Origin: Halieaceae bacterium
GTDB lineage: Bacteria; Pseudomonadota; Gammaproteobacteria; Pseudomonadales; Halieaceae
NCBI GenBank assembly: GCA_038143085.1
Contig: JAYQLG010000006.1
Span: forward strand, 128,113-192,112
Length of the DNA stretch: 64,000 nucleotides
Direction of reading: 5' to 3'
Shown in pieces: positions 1 through 12,240 of the stretch. The position numbers and the translations under genes were made by a program. Each line of letters begins with the position of its first letter. Position 1 is the first letter of the stretch. The notes below the pieces were generated by a model that saw nothing but the letters and a program-made list of their open reading frames with translations, searched no databases and had not been told where the DNA came from.

Positions 1-516
1 TTGACCTTTTAAACCCAGCTTGAACGCCAGCTCTCTACCTTGGTATGGCTGGGGCCCTACCAGTGGATCGATGGTCGCTTTGAGGATTTTTTCAGGCGTT
101 TCTTCGGCTACTTTCTCAATTTCAACGCCACCCTCAGTAGACGCCATAAAGACAATGCGACGAGTCGAGCGATCAACAACAGCACCCAGGTAAAGCTCAT
201 CAGCGATATCAGTACAGGTCTCTACCAGAATCTTGGAAACTGGCTGGCCGTTGGCATCAGTTTGGTAGGTGACCAAGTTTTTACCCAGCCAGCTCTCTGC
301 AAAAGCACGCGCCTCAGCCGGTGAGTCGACAAGTTTGACGCCACCCGCTTTTCCACGTCCACCGGCGTGAACCTGGGCCTTTACAACCCATTTGTCGCCC
401 CCAATTGCCTTTGCAGCCGCTTCAGCAGCGTCAGGCGTATCGACAGCCTGACCAACCGATACGGGCAAGCCGTATTCTGCAAATAGCGCCTTGCCCTGAT
501 ATTCGTGCAAGTTCAT
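1..516 (-). CDS. sucC: Succinyl-CoA synthetase beta subunit, 5' part (runs off the window)
   Basis: Read manually on the minus strand from ATG at 516: [12 protein letters not shown]..., then [17 protein letters not shown]. Lies downstream of lpdA in the suc cluster. Not in the ORF track because its stop is outside the window. Confidence 0.95.
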   Translation of the reverse strand, partial: MNLHEYQGKALFAEYGLPVSVGQAVDTPDAAEAAAKAIGGDKWVVKAQVHAGGRGKAGGVKLVDSPAEARAFAESWLGKNLVTYQTDANGQPVSKILVETCTDIADELYLGAVVDRSTRRIVFMASTEGGVEIEKVAEETPEKILKATIDPLVGPQPYQGRELAFKLGLKGQ

Positions 517-598
517 ACATCCCCCTTTGTGAGTTTACGAGGACTGCGCTTGGCACAGCCCCGACCCCGATCCTCGCAAATCGGGGATTTGAAGTTTG

Positions 599-2050
<1,452 letters not shown>

Positions 2051-3268
2051 TTACAACTGGAGCAAAATGCGTGATGGATCCTCGATTAACTCCTTCACCG
2101 TCACCAGGAACTGAACGGCTGTTTTACCGTCGATGAGACGATGATCGTAGGAGAGCGCAAGATACATCATTGGACGAATAACCACCTCTCCATCGACTGC
2201 AACAGGACGATCTTTAATCGTGTGCATCCCAAGAATCGCTGTTTGAGGCGGGTTAAGAATCGGCGTCGATAGCAAGGAACCAAAAACACCACCGTTCGAT
2301 ACGGTGAAGGTGCCACCCGTCATTTCATCGATCGTGAGCTTCTTATCACGGGCCTTCAAGCCCAAGTCCCGAATCGCCGCTTCCACATCGGCAATGCTCA
2401 TAAAGTCAGCATCGCGCAAGACGGGCACCACGAGACCGTCCTCCGTTGAAACAGCCACACCGATGTCTTGGTATCCGTGATAGACCACATCATTACCATC
2501 AATCGATGCATTAACCTCGGGGAACCGCTTAAGTGCTTCACAACACGCTCTGACGAAGAAGCCCATGAAGCCAAGACGGGTCCCGTTGTGTGTTTTTTCG
2601 AACTGATCTTTGTATTGCGAGCGCAATCTCATCAGGGGTGCCATATCCACTTCGTTAAAAGTGGTCAGCATCGCAGTTTGCTGCGTGGCAGACAGCAAGC
2701 GCTCAGCAATACGCGCCCGCATTCGCGTCATAGGAACGCGACGCTCTATACGCTCACTCGTGGGCCCTTGTAAATCAGCGCCAGCCACAGGCGCTGGCGT
2801 CGCCACTGGTTGCGGCGCGGGCTGGGGCACGGGCGCGGGAGCCTGTTCAGCCATATGAGCCAACACGTCTTCCTTGTTGATTCGTCCGTCTTTCCCTGTT
2901 CCCTTAATGGCACTGGCATCCAGTCCATGTTCCTCAACCAGCTGGCGTGCCGCTGGCCCCATAGGTACAGCCACCTCGGCTTCTTTCGCCGTAGCGGGCG
3001 TCGACGGCGCCTCGGCAGATCCCGTCGCCTCGCCAGGCGTTAACTCCGCGAGGAGCGCCTCGCTTTCAATGGTGCTTCCAACATCGACTAAGATGCGATC
3101 CAGCCGACCTGCCTCGGGGGCAACCACTTCCATTACGACTTTGTCGGTTTCGATTTCAACCAACAACTCATCTCGCTGAACAAAATCGCCTTCCTGCTTG
3201 TGCCACAGAGATACCTCTCCGTCAGCTACTGATTCAGGAAATGCCGGCGCTTTGATTTCTATTTTCAT
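2051..3268 (-). CDS. sucB: 2-oxoglutarate dehydrogenase E2 (dihydrolipoamide succinyltransferase)
   Basis: Lipoyl motif ETDKV, E3-binding GTGKDGRI, catalytic DHRLIDG. Confidence 0.97.
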   Translation of the reverse strand: MKIEIKAPAFPESVADGEVSLWHKQEGDFVQRDELLVEIETDKVVMEVVAPEAGRLDRILVDVGSTIESEALLAELTPGEATGSAEAPSTPATAKEAEVAVPMGPAARQLVEEHGLDASAIKGTGKDGRINKEDVLAHMAEQAPAPVPQPAPQPVATPAPVAGADLQGPTSERIERRVPMTRMRARIAERLLSATQQTAMLTTFNEVDMAPLMRLRSQYKDQFEKTHNGTRLGFMGFFVRACCEALKRFPEVNASIDGNDVVYHGYQDIGVAVSTEDGLVVPVLRDADFMSIADVEAAIRDLGLKARDKKLTIDEMTGGTFTVSNGGVFGSLLSTPILNPPQTAILGMHTIKDRPVAVDGEVVIRPMMYLALSYDHRLIDGKTAVQFLVTVKELIEDPSRILLQL

Positions 3269-3304
3269 GATAATCGTCCGTTTTACTGCGTCTTATTCAG
3301 CTCT

Positions 3305-6154
3305 TCACCCCAGAGCCGCTGAAATAAATGATTCTTGCTCTTGCACGTGCAATGCGGTGTAGCCTGCCGACACAGATGCCGAAGGCGTTCGTCCTACATA
3401 GCGGAGCTCCGCGCCAAACATGGCCAGTGAGACCAACCGTCGCATGGCATCCTGGATCGAGTACCAGGCACCCTGATTCATGGGTTCCTCCTGACACCAC
3501 ACAACACTTGCCTCTCTTGGGTAGGCGCCCAGAATTTCCTTCAATTGTGCGTCGGGCAGCGGGTAGAGCTGCTCAACCCTAATAAGAGCAACATGATCTG
3601 CGCCGCGATCATCCCGAGCTGCGTCAAGGTCGTAGTAGACCTTGCCTGAGCACAAGACAACACGAGTAACCGCCTTCTTATCGGTGACATGGGGGTCATC
3701 GATCACAGGCTGAAATTGGCCATTAGCGAGCTCGTCCAGCGTGGACACGGCACTTTTATGTCGCAACAAACTCTTCGGCGACATAACGATCAATGGCTTA
3801 CGAAGCGGCCTTATGGCCTGACGACGCAACATATGGAAAACCTGTGCTGGCGTGCTTGGCACACAGACCTGTATGTTTTCTTGCGCCGATAGCTGGAGGT
3901 AACGCTCAAGACGTGCAGAAGAATGTTCCGGCCCCTGCCCCTCGTAACCGTGAGGCAACAACATGGTTAATCCGCACAAGCGAGCCCACTTGTATTCACC
4001 GCTGGTAATGAACTGATCAATAACCACCTGGGCACCGTTGGCAAAATCGCCAAACTGCGCCTCCCAAATGACCAAGCCAGTTGGTGAGGTCGTGGCGTAA
4101 CCGTACTCAAAGGCCAAAACCGCCTCTTCCGACAGAAGCGAGTCATAAATATTAAACTTAGCTTGCTGCTCCGAGAGGTGCTGTAGCGGAACGTAAGCTT
4201 CATGCTTGTTCTGGGCGTGCAATACCGCGTGTCTGTGTGAGAAAGTACCCCGTCCGACATCCTGCCCTGTCATTCTGACCGGAAAGCCGTCCGCCAGCAG
4301 TGTGGCGTAAGCCATGTTCTCAGCAAAGCCCCAGTTGATTTCGAGCGCACCAGCCGCCATTTTGCCGCGATCCTCGAGCAATTTTTTGACCTGACGCTGG
4401 AGCGCAAACCCATCCGGTATCGTGCCCATGACTTCGGCCAGCTCGCGCAGACGCGATACTTCAATCGAGGTATCACAGGCCATATCCCAGCTGTGACCCA
4501 AATGCGGCTTCCAGTCGACGAACAAATTCGTGTTGGGCTCCATTACGAGCTGTGTTACCAGAGGCTCCCCGCGATCAAGCGATTCGCGGTAACGCTCCAT
4601 CAATCCAGCGTCCTCTTCAGCCGTCAGTACATCGTCGCTAATCAAGCGCTGGGCGTATAAATCACGCGTTGAGGCATGCTGCTTGATGGTGGCATACATC
4701 ATCGGCTGTGTTACTGATGGCTCGTCAGCTTCGTTATGCCCGCGACGCCGGTAACAAACGAGGTCAATGACAACGTCTTTCTTGAACTGATTACGGTAGT
4801 CGACAGCCAACTGGGTGACGAAAACGACCGCTTCAGGGTCATCACCGTTAACATGGAATATCGGTGCCTGAACCATCTTCGCGATGTCGGTACAGTACTC
4901 GGTTGAGCGCGCATCTTCCTGTCGACTAGTGGTAAAGCCCACCTGGTTGTTAATCACAATATGTAAGGTTCCGCCGGTCTTGTAACCGCGGGTCTGGGAC
5001 ATTTGGAAGGTCTCCATGACAACACCTTGCCCTGCAAAGGCCGCGTCGCCGTGGATCACAATCGGCACTACGGTGTCACCATGAGGGTCCTCTCGACGAT
5101 CCTGGCGCGCTCGCACAGAGCCTTCCACCACGGGTGAAACAATTTCCAGGTGCGACGGGTTAAAGGCTAGTGCGAGGTGCACCTCCCCGCCTGGCGTCAT
5201 AATATTGGACGAGAACCCCTGATGGTATTTCACATCGCCAGAGCCAAAGTAGGATGCGCGACCTTCGAATTCGTCGAACAATTCACTGGGGTTTTTGCCC
5301 AGAATGTTGACTAAGACGTTGAGACGCCCCCGGTGAGCCATGCCGATAACCACTTCCTTGGCACCATAGCCACCAATACGCTGTATCGCCTCGGCCATCA
5401 TAGGAATAAGGCTTTCACCACCTTCCAAACCAAATCGCTTTGTGCCCGGGTACTTCGATGCGAGGGATTTTTCCAACCCTTCGGCCTTGATGAGACGGCG
5501 CAAAATTGAGATTCGCCCTTCTCTATCGAGAGCGGGTGCTCCTCGCACTGACTCCATGCGACTCATAATCCAATGGCGCTCATCCGTGTTCACAATATGC
5601 ATGAACTCCGCACCAATGGTGTTGCAATAGGTCTTTTCTAACGCGGCGCGGATTTCAGCAAGCGAAGCATCGGCTTTACCGATGTAGAGACTGCCCACTT
5701 GGAAAACGGTATCTAGGTCCGCCTCTGACAACTCGTGAAATTCAAGCTCTAAATCTGGCACTGGCGAACGTGGGTGGAGCGATAGAGGGTCTAATGTTGC
5801 CTTTTGATGTCCACGTTGGCGGTAGGCGGAGATCATTTGAACGACGCGAACCTGCTTACGCTCGTATTCTGTCGCTTGAGAGTCCTGGCTGCGTGTCGCT
5901 TCTGTCCGCACACGCATTTTACTAATGCGCGCGAACTGCGCACGCAACACAGAGTGCGGCAAGTCTCTCAGACTCGCAGTCGTGGTCTCTACTCGTGGTA
6001 AACGATCAAAGTAATCGCGCCACTCAGGCGGCACTTCATTTGGATCTTTTAAGTACGCCTCGTACAAGTCCTCTACGTAAGCGGCGTTACCACCTGAGAG
6101 GTGAGACGTACTTCGCTGCTGCTCCATGCTGGGTAGGTCTATCGACTTTGCCAT
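3305..6154 (-). CDS. sucA: 2-oxoglutarate dehydrogenase E1
   Basis: GMAHRGRLN, HGDAAFAGQG (TPP), WEAQFGDFAN. Start set at ATG 6154 (MAKSIDL), which follows a GGGGGAAG RBS-like sequence. Confidence 0.97.
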   Translation of the reverse strand: MAKSIDLPSMEQQRSTSHLSGGNAAYVEDLYEAYLKDPNEVPPEWRDYFDRLPRVETTTASLRDLPHSVLRAQFARISKMRVRTEATRSQDSQATEYERKQVRVVQMISAYRQRGHQKATLDPLSLHPRSPVPDLELEFHELSEADLDTVFQVGSLYIGKADASLAEIRAALEKTYCNTIGAEFMHIVNTDERHWIMSRMESVRGAPALDREGRISILRRLIKAEGLEKSLASKYPGTKRFGLEGGESLIPMMAEAIQRIGGYGAKEVVIGMAHRGRLNVLVNILGKNPSELFDEFEGRASYFGSGDVKYHQGFSSNIMTPGGEVHLALAFNPSHLEIVSPVVEGSVRARQDRREDPHGDTVVPIVIHGDAAFAGQGVVMETFQMSQTRGYKTGGTLHIVINNQVGFTTSRQEDARSTEYCTDIAKMVQAPIFHVNGDDPEAVVFVTQLAVDYRNQFKKDVVIDLVCYRRRGHNEADEPSVTQPMMYATIKQHASTRDLYAQRLISDDVLTAEEDAGLMERYRESLDRGEPLVTQLVMEPNTNLFVDWKPHLGHSWDMACDTSIEVSRLRELAEVMGTIPDGFALQRQVKKLLEDRGKMAAGALEINWGFAENMAYATLLADGFPVRMTGQDVGRGTFSHRHAVLHAQNKHEAYVPLQHLSEQQAKFNIYDSLLSEEAVLAFEYGYATTSPTGLVIWEAQFGDFANGAQVVIDQFITSGEYKWARLCGLTMLLPHGYEGQGPEHSSARLERYLQLSAQENIQVCVPSTPAQVFHMLRRQAIRPLRKPLIVMSPKSLLRHKSAVSTLDELANGQFQPVIDDPHVTDKKAVTRVVLCSGKVYYDLDAARDDRGADHVALIRVEQLYPLPDAQLKEILGAYPREASVVWCQEEPMNQGAWYSIQDAMRRLVSLAMFGAELRYVGRTPSASVSAGYTALHVQEQESFISAALG

Positions 6155-6272
6155 GCACACTTCCCCCGAAGTCATCTGCAGCGACTTATTGTTTGGTATG
6201 TGTCACTGCATCTGGAGGAATATCTTACTCCCAACAGGTTCGGTTTCCCACGGTTTCGGAGTCGTCAGGCAC

Positions 6273-6296
6273 AAAAAACGCCGCAAAAGCGGCGTT
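6273..6296 (-). terminator. Rho-independent terminator after sdhB
   Basis: Minus strand AACGCCGC-TTTT-GCGGCGTT followed by a T-run. Confidence 0.8.
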
Positions 6297-6346
6297 AATT
6301 TTACCTAATATGAATATAAGTTATGGGGTATATAACTTATCTAAAC

Positions 6347-7054
6347 CTAAGCAGCTCTATTCAGGAGCATCGTGCGAATGTGGCCGATCGCACGCGTCGG
6401 GTTAAGGCCCTTGGGACAGACATTCACACAATTTTGAATGCCATGGCACCGGAACACACTGAAGGGATCGTCAAGCTTCGCCAGACGCTCATCCGTCGCC
6501 TGATCTCGACTATCAGCCAAAAACCGATACGCCTGCAACAAGCCGGCAGGTCCGACAAATCGATCGGGATTCCACCAGAAAGACGGACAGCTTGTAGAAC
6601 AGCAAGCGCAAAGAATGCACTCGTAGAGTCCATCGAGCTTGGCTCTGTCTTCAGGCGTCTGTAACCGCTCAATTGCTGGCGCCGGAGTATTATTTTGTAG
6701 ATAGGGCTCGATCTTCTCGTATTGTGCGTAGAACAGACTCATATCGACCACTAGATCTCGCACAACAGGCAGACCGGGTAACGGACGAATGACGAGCTTG
6801 TTGTTCTTAACCGCGTCGGATAAAGGCGTAATACAAGCAAGGCCGTTCTTTCCGTTGATATTCAGACCATCCGAACCACAGACGCCCTCCCGGCAACTGC
6901 GCCGATAGGTAACGCTCGCATCATGCTCGGCTTTGATCATCTCGAGCACATCCAGAACCATTAAATCCTTGCCGCCCGTCTCAACCTGATACTCCTGCAT
7001 CTGCGGAGCCGCATCAGTCTCTGGGTTAAAACGGTAAACACTGACCTGCAACAT
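6347..7054 (-). CDS. sdhB: Succinate dehydrogenase iron-sulfur subunit
   Basis: SCREGVCGSD, CILCACCSTSCP and CHGIQNCVNVCPK Fe-S motifs. Confidence 0.97.
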   Translation of the reverse strand: MLQVSVYRFNPETDAAPQMQEYQVETGGKDLMVLDVLEMIKAEHDASVTYRRSCREGVCGSDGLNINGKNGLACITPLSDAVKNNKLVIRPLPGLPVVRDLVVDMSLFYAQYEKIEPYLQNNTPAPAIERLQTPEDRAKLDGLYECILCACCSTSCPSFWWNPDRFVGPAGLLQAYRFLADSRDQATDERLAKLDDPFSVFRCHGIQNCVNVCPKGLNPTRAIGHIRTMLLNRAA

Positions 7055-7072
7055 TACGTATCTCCTCGCAGA

Positions 7073-8836
7073 TTAGTAGGTGCGAACTTTCGGCTGGAAA
7101 GTATCGACAGTTTTAGGGGTAAAGTTAACCGAACGCTTGCTGACCACACGTCCCTCGCGGTGGTAAATGGAGTGGCACAGCCACTCGTCGTCATTCCGCT
7201 CGGTGAAGTCCTCTCTCGCATGCGCACCGCGACTCTCTTTACGCGCCTCCGCAACAATAGCCGTCGCTTCAGCTGTTTCAAATAGATTCTGGAGTTCGAG
7301 ACACTCGACACGCGCCGTGTTGAACGCATTACTCTTGTCTTCCAGCTTCACGTTATCAATGCGCTCTTTGAGGTCATCGAGTTTCTTGATGCCTTCTTGC
7401 ATGAACTCACCCTTCCGGAATACACCAAAGTAGTTCTGCATGACGCCTTGCAGCTCCTTACGCAGCGCAGAGACATTTTCACCGTCGTTACGCTCGTTCA
7501 GAGCTACGAGGCGCTCATTCGCCGATTCGATGTCAGTCACCGAGGCATCACGCATTTCAATACCTTGTCGCAACGCATCCTCGATAAACAAGCCAGAGGC
7601 ACGACCAAACACCACCAAATCAAGCAACGAGTTACCGCCCAGTCGATTTGCACCGTGAACGGATACACAAGCCACTTCACCACAGGCGTACAGGCCAGGG
7701 ATCACCTGGTCATTACCGGCCGCATCAACGGTCAGCGCCTGCCCATGAATGTTTGTGGGAATACCACCCATCATGTAATGGCAGGTAGGCACTACAGGAA
7801 TAGGCTCCTTGACCGGATCAACATGAGCAAAGGTACGGGACAACTCACAGATACCTGGCAAACGAGACTCAAGAACCTCCTCTCCGAGGTGATCGAGCTT
7901 CAGCTTCACGTGGTCACCGTCAGGACCGCAACCGCGCCCTTCCAGAATTTCAAGAACCATCGAGCGCGCGACTACGTCACGACCTGCCAAATCTTTTGCA
8001 TTTGGCGCATAACGCTCCATAAAGCGCTCACCGTCAGCATTAATGAGATAACCACCCTCACCACGACAACCCTCGGTAACCAAGGTGCCTGCACCGTAAA
8101 TACCCGTTGGGTGGAACTGCCACATTTCCATGTCCTGGACAGGCACGTCTGCTCTGAGGGCCATTCCCACGCCATCTCCAGTGTTAATGTGCGCATTCGT
8201 CGTAGATGCGTAGATACGGCCCGCACCGCCCGTTGCGAAAACGGTTGCTTTGGATTTCACATAGACGGTCTCGCCGGTCTCAATACAGATCGCGATAACA
8301 CCGACAACAGCACCGTCCTGATTCTTCACGAGATCAGTAGCGAACCACTCATTGAAAAATACGGTCTCGTTCTTGACGTTGTTCTGATACAGCGTGTGCA
8401 GTAGTGCATGACCGGTACGGTCTGCCGCCGCACACGTTCGCGCCGCCTGACCACCCTCACCGAAATTCTTTGACTGCCCACCGAAAGGTCGCTGATAAAT
8501 ACGGCCTTCCTCCGTTCGCGAGAACGGTAATCCCATGTGCTCGAGCTCGAAGATCGCCTCTGGGCCAACCGAGCACATGTACTCGATGGCATCCTGATCG
8601 CCGATGTAGTCACTCCCTTTCACGGTGTCGTACATGTGCCAACGCCAATCGTCCTGTGGATCAGAACTAGCAATGGCGCAGGTAATACCACCTTGTGCAC
8701 TCACCGTATGCGAGCGCGTCGGAAATACCTTCGAAATGACGGCTGTTTTGTAACCGGACTGAGCCAGCTGGAGTGCCGCGCGCATACCTGCACCACCACC
8801 ACCAACAATGACTCCATCAAACGAGATCGTTCGCAT
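7073..8836 (-). CDS. sdhA: Succinate dehydrogenase flavoprotein subunit
   Basis: [16 protein letters not shown] covalent-FAD His motif, [11 protein letters not shown]. Start set at ATG 8836 (MRTISFD). Confidence 0.97.
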   Translation of the reverse strand: MRTISFDGVIVGGGGAGMRAALQLAQSGYKTAVISKVFPTRSHTVSAQGGITCAIASSDPQDDWRWHMYDTVKGSDYIGDQDAIEYMCSVGPEAIFELEHMGLPFSRTEEGRIYQRPFGGQSKNFGEGGQAARTCAAADRTGHALLHTLYQNNVKNETVFFNEWFATDLVKNQDGAVVGVIAICIETGETVYVKSKATVFATGGAGRIYASTTNAHINTGDGVGMALRADVPVQDMEMWQFHPTGIYGAGTLVTEGCRGEGGYLINADGERFMERYAPNAKDLAGRDVVARSMVLEILEGRGCGPDGDHVKLKLDHLGEEVLESRLPGICELSRTFAHVDPVKEPIPVVPTCHYMMGGIPTNIHGQALTVDAAGNDQVIPGLYACGEVACVSVHGANRLGGNSLLDLVVFGRASGLFIEDALRQGIEMRDASVTDIESANERLVALNERNDGENVSALRKELQGVMQNYFGVFRKGEFMQEGIKKLDDLKERIDNVKLEDKSNAFNTARVECLELQNLFETAEATAIVAEARKESRGAHAREDFTERNDDEWLCHSIYHREGRVVSKRSVNFTPKTVDTFQPKVRTY

Positions 8837-8875
8837 CTCTTTGCTTCTCCCAAGCATACCTCGCTGTCGCGAGGC

Positions 8876-9235
8876 TTAACCCCAAATTACTTGTATTACC
8901 CAAATCGCATAGACCACGAGGGCCAGCACGACTGCGATTTGCAATACGGGACGCAGGACGTTACCAATGGATCCGAGCATGTACTCGGTCAGGTAGTCCG
9001 TGAATACAGTCCACAAGCCAATCCATGCGTGCGACACATATGCCCCGATGGCGAGCAAGGTAAACACCTTCATGGCCGTCGTATCGTGAAGCGCGCGCCA
9101 CGAAGTGTAGTCAATCCCAGTGCCTATCTGGACACCAATAAACAAAAAATATGCAAGCAGGATGAGCGAACTAACACGCTGGATCAGCCAGTCAGATAAA
9201 CCATTACGACTAAAGCTAGTGACCTGAGTTACCAC
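8876..9235 (-). CDS. sdhD: Succinate dehydrogenase membrane anchor subunit
   Basis: DWLIQRVS and HAWIGLWTVFTDY motifs, three hydrophobic helices. GTG start at 9235 overlaps the sdhC stop. Confidence 0.93.
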   Translation of the reverse strand: MVTQVTSFSRNGLSDWLIQRVSSLILLAYFLFIGVQIGTGIDYTSWRALHDTTAMKVFTLLAIGAYVSHAWIGLWTVFTDYLTEYMLGSIGNVLRPVLQIAVVLALVVYAIWVIQVIWG

Positions 9236-9618
9236 AATACAATCCCCCATGCGACTGCAGCCAGACCGGATGCAATAAATAAGATGCGTGCACCCAAAGC
9301 ACCACCTTTGAAATCTTCACCAATCCCGGCATCCATGATGAGATGGCGAACGCCAGCTAGCGCGTGATAACTGAAGATCACGAGAAACGCCCACAGCGCG
9401 GCCTTTGCGCCTGTGCTCGAAAGGAGCTTAACCAACTGATTAAAGCTCTCTTCCGAGGCAAGACTGGCATCGAGTGCCCACACGAGTAGGACACTGGAAA
9501 CAAACAGTAGAACGCCAGTGACTCTGTGCGATATCGACGCAAGCGCCGTAATCGGAAATTTAATGGTCGTCAATTCAAGGTTAACAGGACGGTTGTCCTT
9601 GCTGCCGCGTGGTTTCAC
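9229..9618 (-). CDS. sdhC: Succinate dehydrogenase cytochrome b556 subunit
   Basis: RPVNL, SISHRVTG and YHALAGVRHL motifs. Confidence 0.95.
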   Translation of the reverse strand: MKPRGSKDNRPVNLELTTIKFPITALASISHRVTGVLLFVSSVLLVWALDASLASEESFNQLVKLLSSTGAKAALWAFLVIFSYHALAGVRHLIMDAGIGEDFKGGALGARILFIASGLAAVAWGIVLW

Positions 9619-9809
9619 TTAATAGCCCCCAGAGCAATCGAGTGGTCTGAATTCGAGGCGTGAGTATATGGAGTCACTCCGCTACTGACAAATTCATCTC
9701 GCAAACTATGACCATCTGTCGTGTTTTATCTCCGCAATGCTGTAAAATTGCTAGATTCCAAAGGCGCCGTTAAAGTAGCGCCACAAAAAACGAGGTCGGG
9801 GGACACGTA

Positions 9810-11105
9810 ATGACAGGCAAGACAGCAAAGCTTTCCATTCCGCAAGGCGATAACAGCACGCTAGACATCGACTTACCTGTCTATGAAGGCTCTCTGGGGC
9901 CCGACGTTATCGACGTGGCAAAGCTGACGTCTCAGGGCCACTTCACCTTTGACCCTGGTTTTACATCCACCGCGTCTTGCGAATCTAAAATCACGTTTAT
10001 TGATGGCGAAAAGGGCGTCCTGCTGCACCGCGGCTACCCTATCGAGCAGCTCGCAGAGCAGTCAGATTACCTCGAGACCTGCTACCTCCTCCTGAATGGC
10101 GAGTTGCCGAACGCCGAAGAGAAAAAAGCCTTCGTGGACATGGTGACAAACCACACCATGGTTCATGAACAAATCCGAACGTTCTTCAATGGCTTCCGTC
10201 GTGACGCTCACCCCATGGCAATCATGTGCGGCGTTGTGGGGGCGCTGTCAGCGTTCTATCACGACTCGACTGACATCTCGGACCCTTACCACCGTGAGGT
10301 TGCAGCATTCAGACTAATTGCAAAAATGCCGACCATTGCCGCGATGAGTTACAAGTTCTCGATTGGTCAGCCCTTTATGTATCCGCGCAATGACCTTGAT
10401 TACTCTGCTAACTTCCTGCACATGATGTTCGGCAACCCCTGCGAGCCCAGTGTTATTTCGCCAACCCTTGCACGTGCCATGGACCGCATCTTCTTGTTGC
10501 ATGCAGACCACGAACAAAATGCGTCAACGTCAACGGTTCGACTCGCAAGCTCATCGCAGGCCAACCCCTTCGCTTGCATTGCTGCAGGCATTGCAGCGCT
10601 CTGGGGCCCGTCGCATGGCGGCGCTAATGAGGCGGTGGTGAAGATGCTCGACGAAATCGGTGATGTATCCAGAATTGATGAATTTGTTGCCCGCGCTAAA
10701 GACAAGAATGATCCCTTCCGTTTGATGGGCTTTGGCCACCGCGTGTACAAGAATTTCGACCCGCGAGCGAAGGTCATGAAGCAGGCTGCCGACGAGGTAT
10801 TGGCTGAACTAGGCATTCAGGACGAAAACCTTGAGATCGCCAAGCGACTTGAAGAAATTGCGCTCAGCGACCCCTACTTCATCGAGAAGAAACTTTACCC
10901 TAACGTTGATTTCTACTCCGGTATCATCCTCAAGGCGCTGGGCATTCCAACTTCAATGTTCACCGTAATCTTTGCTGTCGGCCGAACTGTGGGCTGGGTC
11001 GCGCACTGGAACGAAATGATTGGCGGCAGCTACCGCATCGGTCGTCCACGGCAGCTCTACACTGGCTATGAAGCTCGCGATTTCGTCCCTGTCGAGAATC
11101 GATAA
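9810..11105 (+). CDS. gltA: Citrate synthase (type II)
   Basis: [42 protein letters not shown]; divergent from sdhC. Confidence 0.97.
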   Translation: MTGKTAKLSIPQGDNSTLDIDLPVYEGSLGPDVIDVAKLTSQGHFTFDPGFTSTASCESKITFIDGEKGVLLHRGYPIEQLAEQSDYLETCYLLLNGELPNAEEKKAFVDMVTNHTMVHEQIRTFFNGFRRDAHPMAIMCGVVGALSAFYHDSTDISDPYHREVAAFRLIAKMPTIAAMSYKFSIGQPFMYPRNDLDYSANFLHMMFGNPCEPSVISPTLARAMDRIFLLHADHEQNASTSTVRLASSSQANPFACIAAGIAALWGPSHGGANEAVVKMLDEIGDVSRIDEFVARAKDKNDPFRLMGFGHRVYKNFDPRAKVMKQAADEVLAELGIQDENLEIAKRLEEIALSDPYFIEKKLYPNVDFYSGIILKALGIPTSMFTVIFAVGRTVGWVAHWNEMIGGSYRIGRPRQLYTGYEARDFVPVENR

Positions 11106-12240
11106 TGCAGGCCGGTAAGACGCGGGTGGTCATTTCAGGAGCGGGTCTCTTTACCCCGCCCGAGAGAGTGAGTAACCACGAGCTTGTCGAGTCCTTTAAC
11201 GCATGGGTTGATCATTACAACGCCGAGCACGCCGACGCGATCGCGGCCGGTGACTTGGAGCCTAAAGGCCACTCGAACGTCGAATTCATAGAAAAAGCCT
11301 CGGGTATTAAATCGCGCTTCGTTATGAACAAAGCGGGGATTGTTGACCCCTTGCGCATGCTGCCGAGGCTGGAACCTCGCTCTAACGATGAGCCCTCCGT
11401 CATGTGCGAAATTGGTGTGGCTGCGGCGAAACAAGCTATGGAACAGGCCAATGTCACTGCCGACGATATTGACGCTGTGCTTGTCGCCGCATCGAACATG
11501 GAACGCGCCTACCCAGCTATGGCCATTGAGGTACAAGCTGAGTTGGGCATCAAGGGCTTTGCCTTTGACATGAACGTAGCCTGCTCTTCAGCCACCTTTG
11601 GCATTCAGCAGGCCTATGACATGGTCGTGTCGGGTAATGCCCGCCGCGTCTTGATGGTTAACCCTGAAATATGTACCGGGCACCTGAACTTCCGCGATCG
11701 TGACTCACACTTCATCTTTGGCGATGTCGCAACCGCTGTCGTAATTGAGTCTGCCGAGCATTGCCGATCAGAGCATGCGTTCGAGATTTTGGACACCAAG
11801 CTGCAAACCATTTACTCAAATAACATCCGCAATAACTTTGGATTCTTGAACCGCGCAACCGAAGAAGGCGTGGGTCAGGTAGACAAGCTATTTGTGCAGG
11901 AAGGCCGCAAAGTTTTCCGCGAGGTTTGTCCTGCTGTTGCTGAACAGATCACACAGCAACTTGCCAAAATGGAAATCGAACCCGACTCGCTAAAACGCAT
12001 ATGGCTACACCAGGCCAACAGAGAATATGAATGAGTTGATTGCGAAGAAGGTCTCTGGGCCGCGAGCCCAGCGATGAGGAGTCACCCACAATCCTAGACC
12101 AGTATGCCAACACGTCATCCGCGGGATCTGTCATCGCCTTCAAGAAATACAACGACGATTTCGAACCTGGCGACTTAGGCGTGCTCTCCTCGTTTGGCGC
12201 CGGCTACAGTATTGGCTCTATTGTCCTGAAGCGGATCTAG
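11105..12240 (+). pseudogene. Beta-ketoacyl-ACP synthase III (PA3286/FabH2-like), interrupted by two +1 frameshifts near 12021 and 12054 (pseudogene or sequencing error)
   Basis: Cys motif DMNVACSS and His motif WLHQAN lie in ORF 11105-12034. Asn motif YANTSS and SSFGAG lie in ORF 12040-12240. The linker [10 protein letters not shown] is in a third frame starting at 12024. Confidence 0.85.

Noticed and set aside
565-586. Hairpin CCCCGAT-N8-ATCGGGG between lpdA and sucC as a terminator
   Set aside because: There is no U-tract on the transcribed (minus) strand; at most it is an mRNA-stabilising stem.
6298-6345. AT-rich segment superficially like a dif (XerCD) site
   Set aside because: There is no good match to the XerD arm TTATGTTAAAT on either strand.
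7397-8404. 335-aa plus-strand ORF opposite sdhA, and many similar antisense ORFs (e.g. 8537-9199, 28364-29086, 47036-47698)
   Set aside because: They lie antisense to well-supported genes and have no recognisable motifs; these are shadow ORFs caused by codon bias.
12011-12066. Programmed ribosomal frameshifting in the KAS III gene
   Set aside because: It would need two successive shifts, and there is no slippery heptamer or stimulatory structure.
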